This document shows positions 13,006 to 23,970 of a DNA stretch of 64,000 nucleotides, in pieces; within the stretch, counting starts at the first letter, position 1; each line of letters starts with the position of its first letter. The notes beneath the pieces were generated by a model. The model saw nothing but the letters and a program-made list of their open reading frames with translations. It made no database searches and was not told the origin of the DNA. The position numbers were made by a program, and so were the translations under genes. Source of the stretch: Pristiophorus japonicus (lineage: Eukaryota); the NCBI RefSeq assembly GCF_044704955.1, contig NC_091984.1, forward strand, positions 147,126,001 through 147,190,000, read 5' to 3'.

Positions 13006-14239
13006 TTTCCTCGCAGTTCTGGTCAATGCATGTCCCGTCTGCTGCTGGAAGTGTGACTGGAGATGTCCTCAGTTCACGTTGTTTATCGCCATATTCTCAA
13101 ATTGTATCACTCACTTCTTTCCCTGTCTCCACACCCCGAGTCATCGCCATTTCTCAAGCAGGAGTTACATTCATCTAAATCCATGTTCAGTGTGAGTGTA
13201 AACTCCAGAGTATCAAATGGTCTGTGATTGTATTCTTGCAGTCCTTACAGTCCCCGGCAAGTCACTGTAAGCTGTTGCTAATTGTGTGAATCCCTGCCCA
13301 CTGTATTACTGCCCTTCTGCCGGCTCTGGGAACTTGCTGTTTGCCCTGCACTTGGTATTTGTTGCTGATTTCCGGTTAGTGTCAGAAATTCAGAAATATC
13401 ACCTGCTCCCTTTTCTCTCTCCCTTTGGAATATGTGCATTGATATTATAATGTTCTTTTAACCTACAACTAAAGACCCAGTGATGTTGTACCTTGTGTGT
13501 GTCAGGATGATGTCTCTCAGTGAGAATGGGAGGATTCACACAGTGGCATGTTGTCAGTTTATGTAGTGGCAGATCTGTGGCAGAGACAGGGAGCCGGGCT
13601 GTGCTGGGAGAATCGGGCTGGCCTTCTCCTGCTGACTTTCTCTGCCTCCCTTCTCTCCCTCACCTTTAACTGGGACTGACAGTACCTGTACTCCATGACA
13701 AGTCACACGGTTTGAATTGACATTGATTTATATTACTCGGTATTCTCGGGAACGGAAGTAAGTATCTGCTGAGAGCCGGCGATGGGCCAACACTGTTAGT
13801 GTGTCAGTCACAAGTGTTACATCACACTGTAGTTCTGGGAAATGAAAGGGAATCTGTGTTGTGTGGGTCGCCATTCACAGTTCCGTGTTATCAAGGAGCT
13901 CCTGAAACCAAGTCCAGGAGAAAGTCCACTTATGGCCGCAAAAAATCCATGATTATAAATTTGCCGTCAGGTATAAAACACATTGCAATGTGAATATTCG
14001 GAACATTGCACGGACAGTCAATCCTGAGACAGACGGGATGGAGAGTGGATCAAATATACACATATGGTATTATTTTTATTTTGAGTTGATAACATTGGTG
14101 CTTAGATTCTATGAGTGTTGGACATTGCTTTCTGAGTCTCGATCCTTGTACAACCCTGGAAAATAGAAACATGTGTCCTTGTTCGCAATCGTTTTATAAC
14201 CAGATGAATTGTTAATGAAGTGTCACCACAGTTTAAAAT

Positions 14240-14962
14240 AAGAACAGAAGAAATTGGAGTAGGAGTAGGCCGTACGGCCCCTCGAGCCTGCTCTGCCATT
14301 TAATACGATCATGGCTGATCCAATCATGGACTCAGGTCCACTTCCCTGCCCGCTCCCCATAACCCCTTATTCGCTTATCATTTAAGAAACTCTATTTCTG
14401 TCTTAAATTTATTCAATGACCCAGCTTCCACAGCTCTCTGAGGCAACAAATTCCACAGATCCACAACCCTCTGAGAGAAGAAATTTCTCCTCATCTCAGT
14501 TTTAAATGGGCGGCCCTTATTCTAAGATTATGCCCTCTCGTTCTAGTCTCTCCCATCAGAGGAAACATCCTCTCTGCATCCACCCTGTCAAGCCCCCTCA
14601 TAATCTTATACCTTTTGATAAGATCACCTCTTATTCTTCTGAATTCCAATGAGTAGAGGCCCAACCTACTGAACCTTTCCTCATAAGTGAACCCCCTCAT
14701 TTCCGGAATCAACCTAGTGAACCTCCTCTGAATTGCCTCCAAAAGTATATCCTTTTGTAAATATGGAAACCAAAACTGCATGCAGTATTCCAGTTGTGGC
14801 CTCACTAATACCCTGTACAACTGTAGCAAGACTTCCCTACTTTTATACTCCTTCCCGTTTGAAATAAAGGCCAATATTCCATTGGCCTTCCTGATCACTT
14901 GCTGTACCTGTATACTAAGCTTTTGTGTTTCATGCACAAGTACCCCCAAGTTCCGCTGTACT
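14240..14962 (-). mobile_element. CR1 LINE 3' fragment
   Basis: ORF 14491-14949 contains LYRVLVRPQLEYC and RGDLIK. Confidence 0.9.
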
Positions 14963-16822
14963 TAAATATAACTCTGTTTAAGTAGGGCAGGCCGAAATTA
15001 ATAACTCACTGAAACACTGCTCGAATTGTTGCATAAATTAGTGGTTTGACGAATAATGGTTTGGGTGACTTGATTTAGAAATTTTTATCATGCTGCTGAC
15101 TTTAGATCAATAAATTATTGACAGGTTTCGCTCATTGCAAAATATCAGTAACATTGCAAAATATTATCCGTTGATATTTGCTGGCACCGTCAAGGGGTCA
15201 CAATACTGAAAGATGTTGCCGAGCAACACTGTGGGTACATTCACCAGGTGGACTGCAGCGTTTGAAGAAGTGGCCCCACCCCCACCTTCTCAAGGGCAAC
15301 GAGACGGGATTCCCCATCTATTGTCCCCAATTCCGGGGTCCTCATCCTTTTATCTGTTATTTCCCACTATACTTCTGTATCCATGGCAACACCCCCACCA
15401 CCATAATCAATAGACTCAACTTATATTCTCCTAAAATCACCTGATACAATTTGCTTCTAAAAGTCTATTGTGTAACCTCAGTTCTACAGGAATACAGTTA
15501 CTTATTCCATCTCAGTTCCCTTACTGTGCTCAGGCTCTCTGCTCTGCACAGAGATTTCTGTATCCATTTCTATCTATCTATCTATCTGTCTATCTATCTC
15601 TAACAGTATCTCTCTATTTGTCTCTGTCCCTTCCTCTCTCTATACATCTCTAATTATCGCTCTGTCCCTTCCTCTCTCCAACTCTCTCGTTCCGTATGTC
15701 TCGTTTTCTCGATCTCAACAACAACTGTATTTATATAGCGCCTGTAACGCAGTAAAATGTCCCAAGGCACTTCACAGCAGTGTTATAAGACAAAACAGAT
15801 AAATTTGACACGAGCCACAAAAGGAGATGTCAGGGCAGGTGACCAAAAGCTGGGTGAGAGGTCGTTTTTATCTTTTCTTTCTCCTTCCCTCTCTTTATCT
15901 ATCAATCTCTGGCTTTTTCTCTCTCTCTCGATATGTCTCTCCCCCTCAATACACATTAACCCACAACATGCCTTAGCAATATCAAGCTGATAACCGGGTA
16001 TCTGACCAACTATCCCACACATCAAAGGCATCTGAGTCAAACAGTCCTGAATAGCGCTTCTAATGTGGATTGATTTGGAAGCCCGGGTACATATGGTGTC
16101 CATACTCCCTGCAATTTACTCTTGGATAACCCTCCACACCAGGGCGATCAATTCTCCACAGTGATCATGGGTCACAGTAAGATTACACATGGGTCCAATT
16201 CACAGGTAAGACCTTTGCAGTCATTGACCGCAATCGTTGTGTATGAGTCTCAGTATGTAGCTTCCTGTCCTGTATGGAACCACATCCTCTATAGTCACTT
16301 TCAATGGTCTATGCTGTGAACAAGGGATCACTGACATTACCTCGCTCTGACGTTTGCTACATTGTCAGAGGTGTCAAAGTGAGCTGGGGACTGTGGCTCT
16401 GGTTGCATGGTGTTTGGATGGTCCATTTTATCCTGGCTTAATATATCAAGGGAAGGTTGTGTTGTTGCTGCTTACTGATCACCTTCTCCCCCTTGTGGTC
16501 ATTGCTGCACTTTCCCCACATGGTGTTGCACTGTTGAAATCGCCGATGAGAAAAACCTGCCTTTGTGAGCGAGGCAAAGTCTGTTGACCATGTGAGCTCT
16601 GTGATCTATTTAGCACTCAAATCACTGACGCCACACAGTCTGGTGTTGTAGTAACTGCTGTGACCTTAGTCCTTTATTGTGTAACTCCAGAGTGTCTCTC
16701 AGGTGTGGTGGGCAGCCTTTTATACTCTGTCTTGTAGGTACTTTCAGCTCTCCCACCACAGCGCCCTCTGTGGCACACAATTGTAACCATACATTTAATG
16801 TACCTGGACAATACATAACATC

Positions 16823-17250
16823 TCACTCCCCCCCCAATTCCAAAAGCCTTTGCCGGTAACCTCGGCATTGTTCGTCCTGGTTGATTTGTGAGTATAAGTC
16901 CATGACCATCCACTTCACTCTTCTCCCCATGTAGAGATTATGCTTGCGATCCAGTGCAAGCATGTGGTATTTGCAGTCCTTACATGGGTGATGAAGTACA
17001 CGAGCATAACCTCCAACAGAAAGCAGGTATACATAGACAGTTCATTTGTATGGTACATATAGATGCATTGAAGAATTATAACAAAAGGTTGCAGGTACAC
17101 TGAACAGTTATTTAATCCCAGCTCCACTGGGTGAGGTACAGTGGGGCCATAGAGCCCCTTTTTGCCTGAGGTAATGGGCTGCGCTGAGACAGGGTATCGC
17201 AACTAGTGCATTGCCTCTGTTCTCACAAAGTAGTCACCTTTGCGGCTCAT
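16823..17250 (-). pseudogene. Unknown degraded Cys/His-containing ORF at the 3' end of the LTR element
   Basis: ATG at 17250. An open frame 17041-16823 (...VLHHPCKDCKYH...LLELGGE*) ends inside the PPT. The upstream part is interrupted by stops. Confidence 0.4.
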
Positions 17251-17534
17251 CTGCAGCCGCTGAACCATTACATGAATCACCTAAAATCGGAAATCGCATT
17301 AGTCCATTAGTCATGTGAGTCACAGATCCATTAACCCTTTTAATTGTACCTTGTGGTAATAACTCTTTTCATAAATCATATCCATCATTTTAAACACAGT
17401 AATCATTTCAGCTTCAAAATATTAACTTGTGTCATAAATCACGTCATCATACAAATCACATTACTCATTTAGACTCGCTCTTGCCTTACAAAAGTCTCTT
17501 TGTGGGGACTGCTAATGGTGTAAGGCCCTTTTAA

Positions 17535-18084
17535 GACTCCCGGGTTCATTTCCCTTTTAAGACGCCATCTTGTTTTTCCCACGAGGCTTCCATTGGGCAC
17601 CGCCATTTTAGATGCTCTGCTTGCCTTTCTCTGGAGAACTCTGCTGCCAACAGGGTTGCCACCATCTTGAGCTCGCTGCGCCCCTTTACATTGAAACAAC
17701 TCCGCCAACAGTTGCAGCCAATTACAGAAAAGGAGGTTCCAAGCCAAAAGAGACATAGCGTACATGAAGAAATGGTACAGAAAAGGCGTAGGTTAAACAC
17801 TCATTTTGTTGAGGAGGAACTTCCTGCAATTACTGAACCAATTGAGGATGTGAGTGGCTTGACTGCACTGCTGAGCGAGTTTGAGAAGAAAAATGTGAAT
17901 CCCGTTTCTGCTCTGTATCTATTTTGCAAGCGCAGAGGATGCCATCTGCATTTCCAAGAGGTGGAGAATTCAGAGGCTTCTGGCATGACATGTTACTTTC
18001 TTCGTGCAGTTGTGGATGGGGTTGAGTTTAAAGAAGGAATAGGTGTCAGCAAAATAAATGGCCAAGAACAATTGTGCTGAAGCC
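17535..18084 (+). pseudogene. NLS plus dsRNA-binding domain (ADAD1/ADAD2-like dsRBM) ORF inside the LTR element
   Basis: Stop-free frame 17535-18077 with QKRRRL, then NPVSALYLF...AVVDGVEFKEGIGVSK. Removing 1 nt near 18055 restores KKMAKNNCAEA, matching the dsRBM KKxAK helix. Confidence 0.8.
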
Positions 18085-18222
18085 GAAACCGCGGGACGCT
18101 TGGGTGTCCTTGATCACTCACACCTCGGAGATCTGCCCGTACCTGGAGAGCACTTCTTCCAGGGCCGGCTCGTCTGTGTCGAGATTTAGACCGCCGATGA
18201 ACAGATTTCCTTCTCCGGACCC
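18079..18222 (-). pseudogene. CIRBP: Processed CIRBP/RBM3-like RRM fragment inside the LTR element
   Basis: Reads [46 protein letters not shown], containing RNP2 and most of RNP1. The start codon is lost and there is a stop at 18118-18120. Confidence 0.85.
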
Positions 18223-20899
18223 TTTTGCGAGGTTGGTTTGCTGGGTGTTTTCCCTGCTGTATTCTAGCCTGCTGCTGCCTATCAGTTCACTCTCAACTCT
18301 CTCTCGGGATCTACCACACTTGACCGTACCCGGGAACAATAACACACCGGCCCCCGCACCGCTGCATCCACAGGAGCCGGCCTCTGCCCGCGGGCCAACG
18401 GTGCCTGCTGGAGCAGCCCGTCGAAGCCCTTCTTTCTCCTCCAGCTCGGTCGGCGCTGCTCTTTGGGAATCCGGGGGACAGCGGTTTGTGGAGGATTGAA
18501 GTCTTCCCAGCTCCCACGGACCTTCCCCATCCACCTCCTGCCGAGTAGCGTCGGCCCATCGCCTGCAATGATCTACAAAGGTAAACCGCACGTCTCGCCC
18601 CATGATATACCTGCACCTCCGCTCTGCCAAGAACAGGTATCAGTTACTTGGTGTAGGTGCACAGCTTTGCCGTGACCGGGACCATCTTGGGTCGTGCAGC
18701 TGGGTTGATCCATTGTTTATCAAAAGTTTCCTGACTCATCATCGACTGACCCGATCCAGTGTCCACTTCCATACTCACTGGGACTCCGTTAATCTTGACT
18801 TCCAAAACCACTGGGGCTGAATCGTCGGTACAAGTATACAGTCCAAACGCCTCATCTTCTTCTACCTTCTCCTCGCTGGATAGTAGATCATCTACCATCT
18901 CCTCAGCCACACCGATGAGTCAGGTTTCTTTTGCACATATGCTGAAGGTGGCCTTTCATGTGGTAGACATGGCACGTATACTCCGCAAACCTGCACCGGT
19001 GAGCCCCATGGCTTCCTCCGCAGCGCCAGCATGGTGCTACTCGATTAGGCCCCCTCGGCGGACTCTAAGTTCCAGATCCGTGCTCTCTACCCTGGGCAGA
19101 GCCATGTTGTGCAGTTTTGTCCGTGACAGGCGCTGTCCTGTGGACATGCCTGCCGATTTCGAGACTGTGTGGATCATTTGCTTGGTGCTGCAAGTCGAGG
19201 TCATAAATGCCCAGCTGATGATGATGGCTTGCTGCAGGCTGACTGTAGGTTCAGTGGATAGCAGCTTGTGAAGGAGATCCTCATGGCCAATCCCCATAAC
19301 AAAAACATCTCGCAACGCCTCTTCAAGTTGTGGACGGCACCGCGAGTCTCCAGATGTCCGCAGCATATTTGGTGACATCCTGGCCCTCAGGTCTGCAGTG
19401 GTGGTAGAATTTGTGCCTGGCCGTGAGGATGCTCTCCTTCAGTTTCAGTTGGTCATGAATAAGTTCAATCAGCTCCTCATATGACTTGTCCTTGGTGCTC
19501 GCGGGTGCCAGCAAATCCCTGACGAGACAGTAAACCTCATCGCCACAACTGGACAGCAATATCGCCTTACGCTTATCTCTCAGTGCGTTCGTGTCCCCCG
19601 TCAAGTCGTTTGCTATAAAGTAGTACACGAGCCTTTCCATAAAGGCCTCCCAATCATTACCCACTGTAAAATCCTTTAGCGAGCCCAGATTAGCCATGGT
19701 TGCGTGAAGCTCATCAGTGCCCTCATCGCCAATGTGATGTATGTAGCACTCAAATCGCTGACTCCACACAGTCTGGTGTTGATATAACTGCTGTGACCTT
19801 AGTCCTTTATTGTGTAACTCCAGAGTGTCTCTCAGGTGTGGTGGGCAGCCTTTTATACTCTTGCAGGTACTTTCAGGTCTCCCACCACAGCGCCCTCTGT
19901 GGCGCACCATTGTAACCTTACATTTAATGTACCTGGACAATACAGAACAAGCTCTTCACCTGGTGGATAGTAAACACAGACCGTTGCTACTTGCACCAGT
20001 TGACCTACAACAAATCCCCTTCTAACATGCTGTCTGATGCGCTGTCGACCCCAGTCTTTCATCACGGCCCCCAGTTTGAGAATAAAATCTGACAACTGCG
20101 ACCAGCGGCTGGTAATGTGCTCCCTTCTCCTGATCCTGGACACAAACCCAGCCAGCAGTGCTCATCCTCCATGCTCTCCATTTTACACTGAACACATTCC
20201 GGACCTGCTTCATGCTCACTGCTGCCCATTCATTGTCTCTCTCCCAGTTTACAATCCAACACTTAGCACTTATTTGTCGCTTTCTCAGGTTTTATTTTCA
20301 TTACTTCATTTGTTCTTCCGTCACAGAAATGCTACTTATTTTAATTATGCATAATTTATTGTAATTATGAACAAATATGATGTCGCGTTCCATTTGCTGG
20401 TGTAATGAAACGGCCGGTAATTTAATCCGAGCTGTTTGCACCGCACTTCCCATCAAGTTGTGGCGACGGAGCGAGAGCAGCTCCCAGTAAATTCCCAGAG
20501 TTTGTGATTCACAGCATCAGATATTCATACAACAGTACAGCAGAGAAGGAGCCATTCGGCCCATCGAGTCTGCGCTGGCTCTTACAAAGAGCAATCCAGT
20601 TGTCCCACTACCCCGCTCTTTCCCCATATCCATGCAACTTTTTCTCCTTCAAATTTTTCTCCAGTTCCCTTCACAAGTTTACCGTTGAATCTGTCTCCAC
20701 CAACCTCAGGCAGTGCATTCCCAATCCGAAGCACCCGTTGGTAAAAAAGTCTGTCCCAATGTCGCCTCTCATGTTTTGAACAAGTGTGTAACACTTACAA
20801 TGCTCCAGTCCTCTGGCACCAACCTTGTGTGTAATGCGGATTGAAAGATTGCAGCAAGCCCACTGCAATTTCTACCCTGACTTCCGTCAGCAACCTAGG

Positions 20900-22720
20900 A
20901 AGCTTCCCACCCACACCGGGTGACTCCCCCACTGTAAGTAATGCCCTCCTTTCTTACTTCCTGTTCATCTATTTTATCTCACCTGCTTAACATCCTTATT
21001 TACCAGAGTGTTGGCAAAGTCTGCTTCTTTAGTAAACAGTGATACAAGTTGCTCATTTAGTACATCAGCCATGCCTGCTGCCTCCACCAATAGATCTTCA
21101 TTTCAGTCCCTAATCGGCCCCACCGCCCCTCTGACAACCCTTTTACTGTTAATATGTCGACAGAAGACTTTGGATTTATTTATATCTCAGACGCCAATAT
21201 AATGGTGTCCTGTGGCTTTGCCCCTCTTATTCTCCTTTGTACTTCCCCTCTATACTTTTTATTATTCTGCCTGATTCTCCCTTGTATTATCAAGCTGACC
21301 TCTGTCATATGCCCCATTTTTCTGCTTCATCCTACTCTCTAACTCCTCTTCATCCCCAGGGAGATCTGGCTTTGGCTGCCGTCCCTTCCCCCTGTGGGAT
21401 TGTACATAGTCTGTACCGGGACCATCTTCTCTTTAAATGCCACCAATTTCTCCAGTATGTTTCTGACTGTCAGTCTATGACTCCAATTTATCCAGGCCAG
21501 ATCCCACCCCAATTCCCTGAAATTAGCCCAACTCTAGTTAAGTATTTGTATTATAGATTGTTCCTCTTTCGTCAAATCTAATCTGAACCTTCCTCTATAA
21601 TGATGGCTATTCCCGGGATGTTCCCCACTGTGACATGCTCCACTTAACCCACTCCATGTCCCAGGGCTAGGTCCAGCAGTGCCTCCTTGCTCGTTGGGCA
21701 GGAAATATATTGTACAAGAAAATTCTCCTGCACACACATTAAAAAGTCTTCCCCTTCTCTGCCTTTTATCCAATCACTGTCCCAGTCAATATTGGGAAGT
21801 GAAATTCTCCCATTCCCACTGCTCGACAGTACTCAGTCATTTCTGGGGGAATCTGCTCCTCTATCTCCTTCCCAATATTTGGTGGCCTGTGAAATACACC
21901 AAGTAGTGTAATAGCTACTTTATTCTTCCTTAACTCCAAACAACTAGTTTCTGTCTGTGACCCCTCGAGAACATCCTCTCTTTCCAGCATTGTAATATTT
22001 TCCTCATTCCAAACTGCCACCCATTCCCCATTCTCCATCCCCTTCCTTACCCAATACCTTCTGCATTGAAACATTCAACATCCAATCCTTCCCTTTTTTG
22101 AGCCAAGTCCCAGTTATCAGCACAAGCATTGTAATCCCACTTGTCATTTGCGATTGCAGCTCATCAAACATATTAACCACATTTTATGCAACTGCAGACA
22201 TGCACTCCAAACCCAACTTGGAATTCTTTCATAGTTGTTATGATGCCACCAATTCTGTATTATTTCTAACTCTCTCTGACTCTCCCGGTCCTCTGTTCAC
22301 AATGTTTCTACTTTTTAATACTCCTTCTTGTTGCCCAGCTCCCCAGACTAATTAGTTTAAACCCTCCCCCACAGCACTAGCGAACCTGTCCAAAAGGATA
22401 TTGGTCACAGCTCTGTTCAGTTGCAATCTGCCCAACTTGCACAGGTCCTTCCTGCCACAGAACTGGCCCCAATGTCCCAGGAATCTGAAGCACTCCCTCC
22501 TGCACCACCTCTCTAGCCACGTATTAACCTGCCATATTTCTACTCTAACTAGCTTGCGTCACTGGATCAGAGATTACTACCTTTGAGATCCTGCTACATA
22601 AATACTTCCCTTGTTCCATAAGCTCTGACTGCAAGATGTCTACCCTTTTCTGTCGCTGGTTCCGACATGGACCACTGCTTCTGGCTCTTCATCTCCCCCA
22701 TGTGCACACCCTCACCCCAC
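20900..22720 (-). mobile_element. Old degraded CR1 LINE (ORF1 end, APE, linker)
   Basis: ORF 21766-22074 contains ELRKNKVAITLLGVFHRPPN; LLDLVLG-like motif near 21670. Confidence 0.7.
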
Positions 22721-22988
22721 CTCAGCACTTTTGGAACATTCTCCATGATGTCTCTGCCCCTGGCACCAGGGAGTACATACCATATACTTTAACCCACATT
22801 CTTCACATGTTTCACTGCAATTCCATGTTACAATCACTCTCCAGTCGACAGATCAAGCAGGAATAAAGCATCAAGTTCCCATCCGGATTCTGCAGTAAAG
22901 CTGTACATTTCACCCAAACACTCTGAAAGGCCTAATGTGTTGTACCCTGCTGGCTGATTCTCTATTTCTGTTTGTTTCCCATTTACAG

Positions 22989-23898
22989 CTAACGTGATGA
23001 CGATTGTGATCCTGTCCCGGGGAAAGTGTGATCTCTCCGGATGTGTCACTCGCTACCTGGTGGCCATGGCAACAGCTGATCTACTGGTCGTTATCATTGA
23101 CGTGATACTGTATTGGATTAATGATTATTATTTCCCTCCTACCTTCCTGTTGATCACCCCTGTGTGCTCTGTCCAACGTGCCCTAAAAGATGCCGTCACA
23201 GACATTTCTGTCTGGTTAACCGTCGCTGTCACTTTCGATCGATTTGTTACCATTTGTTGCCAGAAGCTGAGAACTAAATATTGCACCAAGAAAACGGCCG
23301 CCGTGGTGATAGGAACCGTGTCTCTGCTGTTCTGTTTAAAACCATTCCCTGGTACTTTGTAATGGAACCCTACTATACAATCGACAACATATCCTGGGGC
23401 TGCCGTGGTAAACTAGAGCATGATCCTGCAACTGCTTGGGTAGCATTTAGCTGGATTCCCCGCTGTGTCACCCCATTGCTCCCGATATTGCTGATATTGT
23501 TGCTCAATGGTCTGACTGTACGACACATTTTGATGGCCAGCAGAGTCTGCAGGAGGCTGAGGGGCAGCAGGAATGATGTGAATCACAAAGATCCAGAGAT
23601 GGAGAAGCGAAGGAAATCCATCATCTTGGTCTTCGCTATATCCGGCAACTTCATCCTGCTCTGGGTGGTGAACGTGATAGTTTTATTACTCACCTGAATT
23701 ACAAAAAATTATTATTCAACAGGTGTCAAAGACCCGCTGTTGATCACAGATCAAACCGCCTACATGCTCCTGCTCTTGAGTAGCTGCACAAACACGGGTA
23801 TTTATGCAGTGACCCAGACTAAATTCTGAGAGGAGCTGAAGAATGGGGCGAAATATCCACTGAATCAAATATTGAGATTAGTTAAACATGCACAATAA
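22989..23898 (+). pseudogene. Main exon of GPR139-like class A GPCR pseudogene
   Basis: Polypyrimidine-CAG acceptor ends at 22988. Motifs NVMTIVILSRGKC, LVAMATADLLV, TFDRF and SCTNTGIY. 1-nt frameshift near 23341; premature TGA at 23695 and 23827; final TAA at 23896-23898. Confidence 0.9.
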
Positions 23899-23970
23899 CA
23901 GGACAATGACAAGCATTAGACTTTTCTCTCTTAGGCCGTCCCCCAGAATCGAGGTGACTTGCTTCCACAC

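Larger units (their letters stand above)
16600..19949 (-). mobile_element. Internally rearranged Gypsy LTR element with intact ends, carrying non-TE cargo
   Basis: LTRs at 19733-19949 and 16600-16820 differ by about 13 substitutions and a 4-nt indel (counted by eye). AGCTC TSD at 16595-16599 and 19950-19954. PBS TGGCGATGAGG at 19721-19731; G-rich PPT at 16821-16837. Gag starts at 19697, with zinc knuckles and a DTG protease near 18760. No RT or integrase. Confidence 0.95.
15960..20250 (-). mobile_element. Degenerate non-LTR retrotransposon APE endonuclease region, split by the LTR element at 16600-19949
   Basis: Removing the insertion joins VATVCVYYPPGEEL to TWSTDFASL...QVFLIGDFNS, an APE-type GDFN motif. 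Confidence 0.7.

Noticed and set aside
13708-13775. FILLGILGNGSK with GTAAGT, resembling a J segment or GPCR TM1
   Set aside because: No heptamer or correctly spaced nonamer, stops immediately upstream, and no continuation.
16857-17250. Endogenous DNA virus gene (small T or E6-like Cys pattern)
   Set aside because: Cys spacing does not convincingly match, and the segment lies inside an LTR element; left as an unknown ORF.
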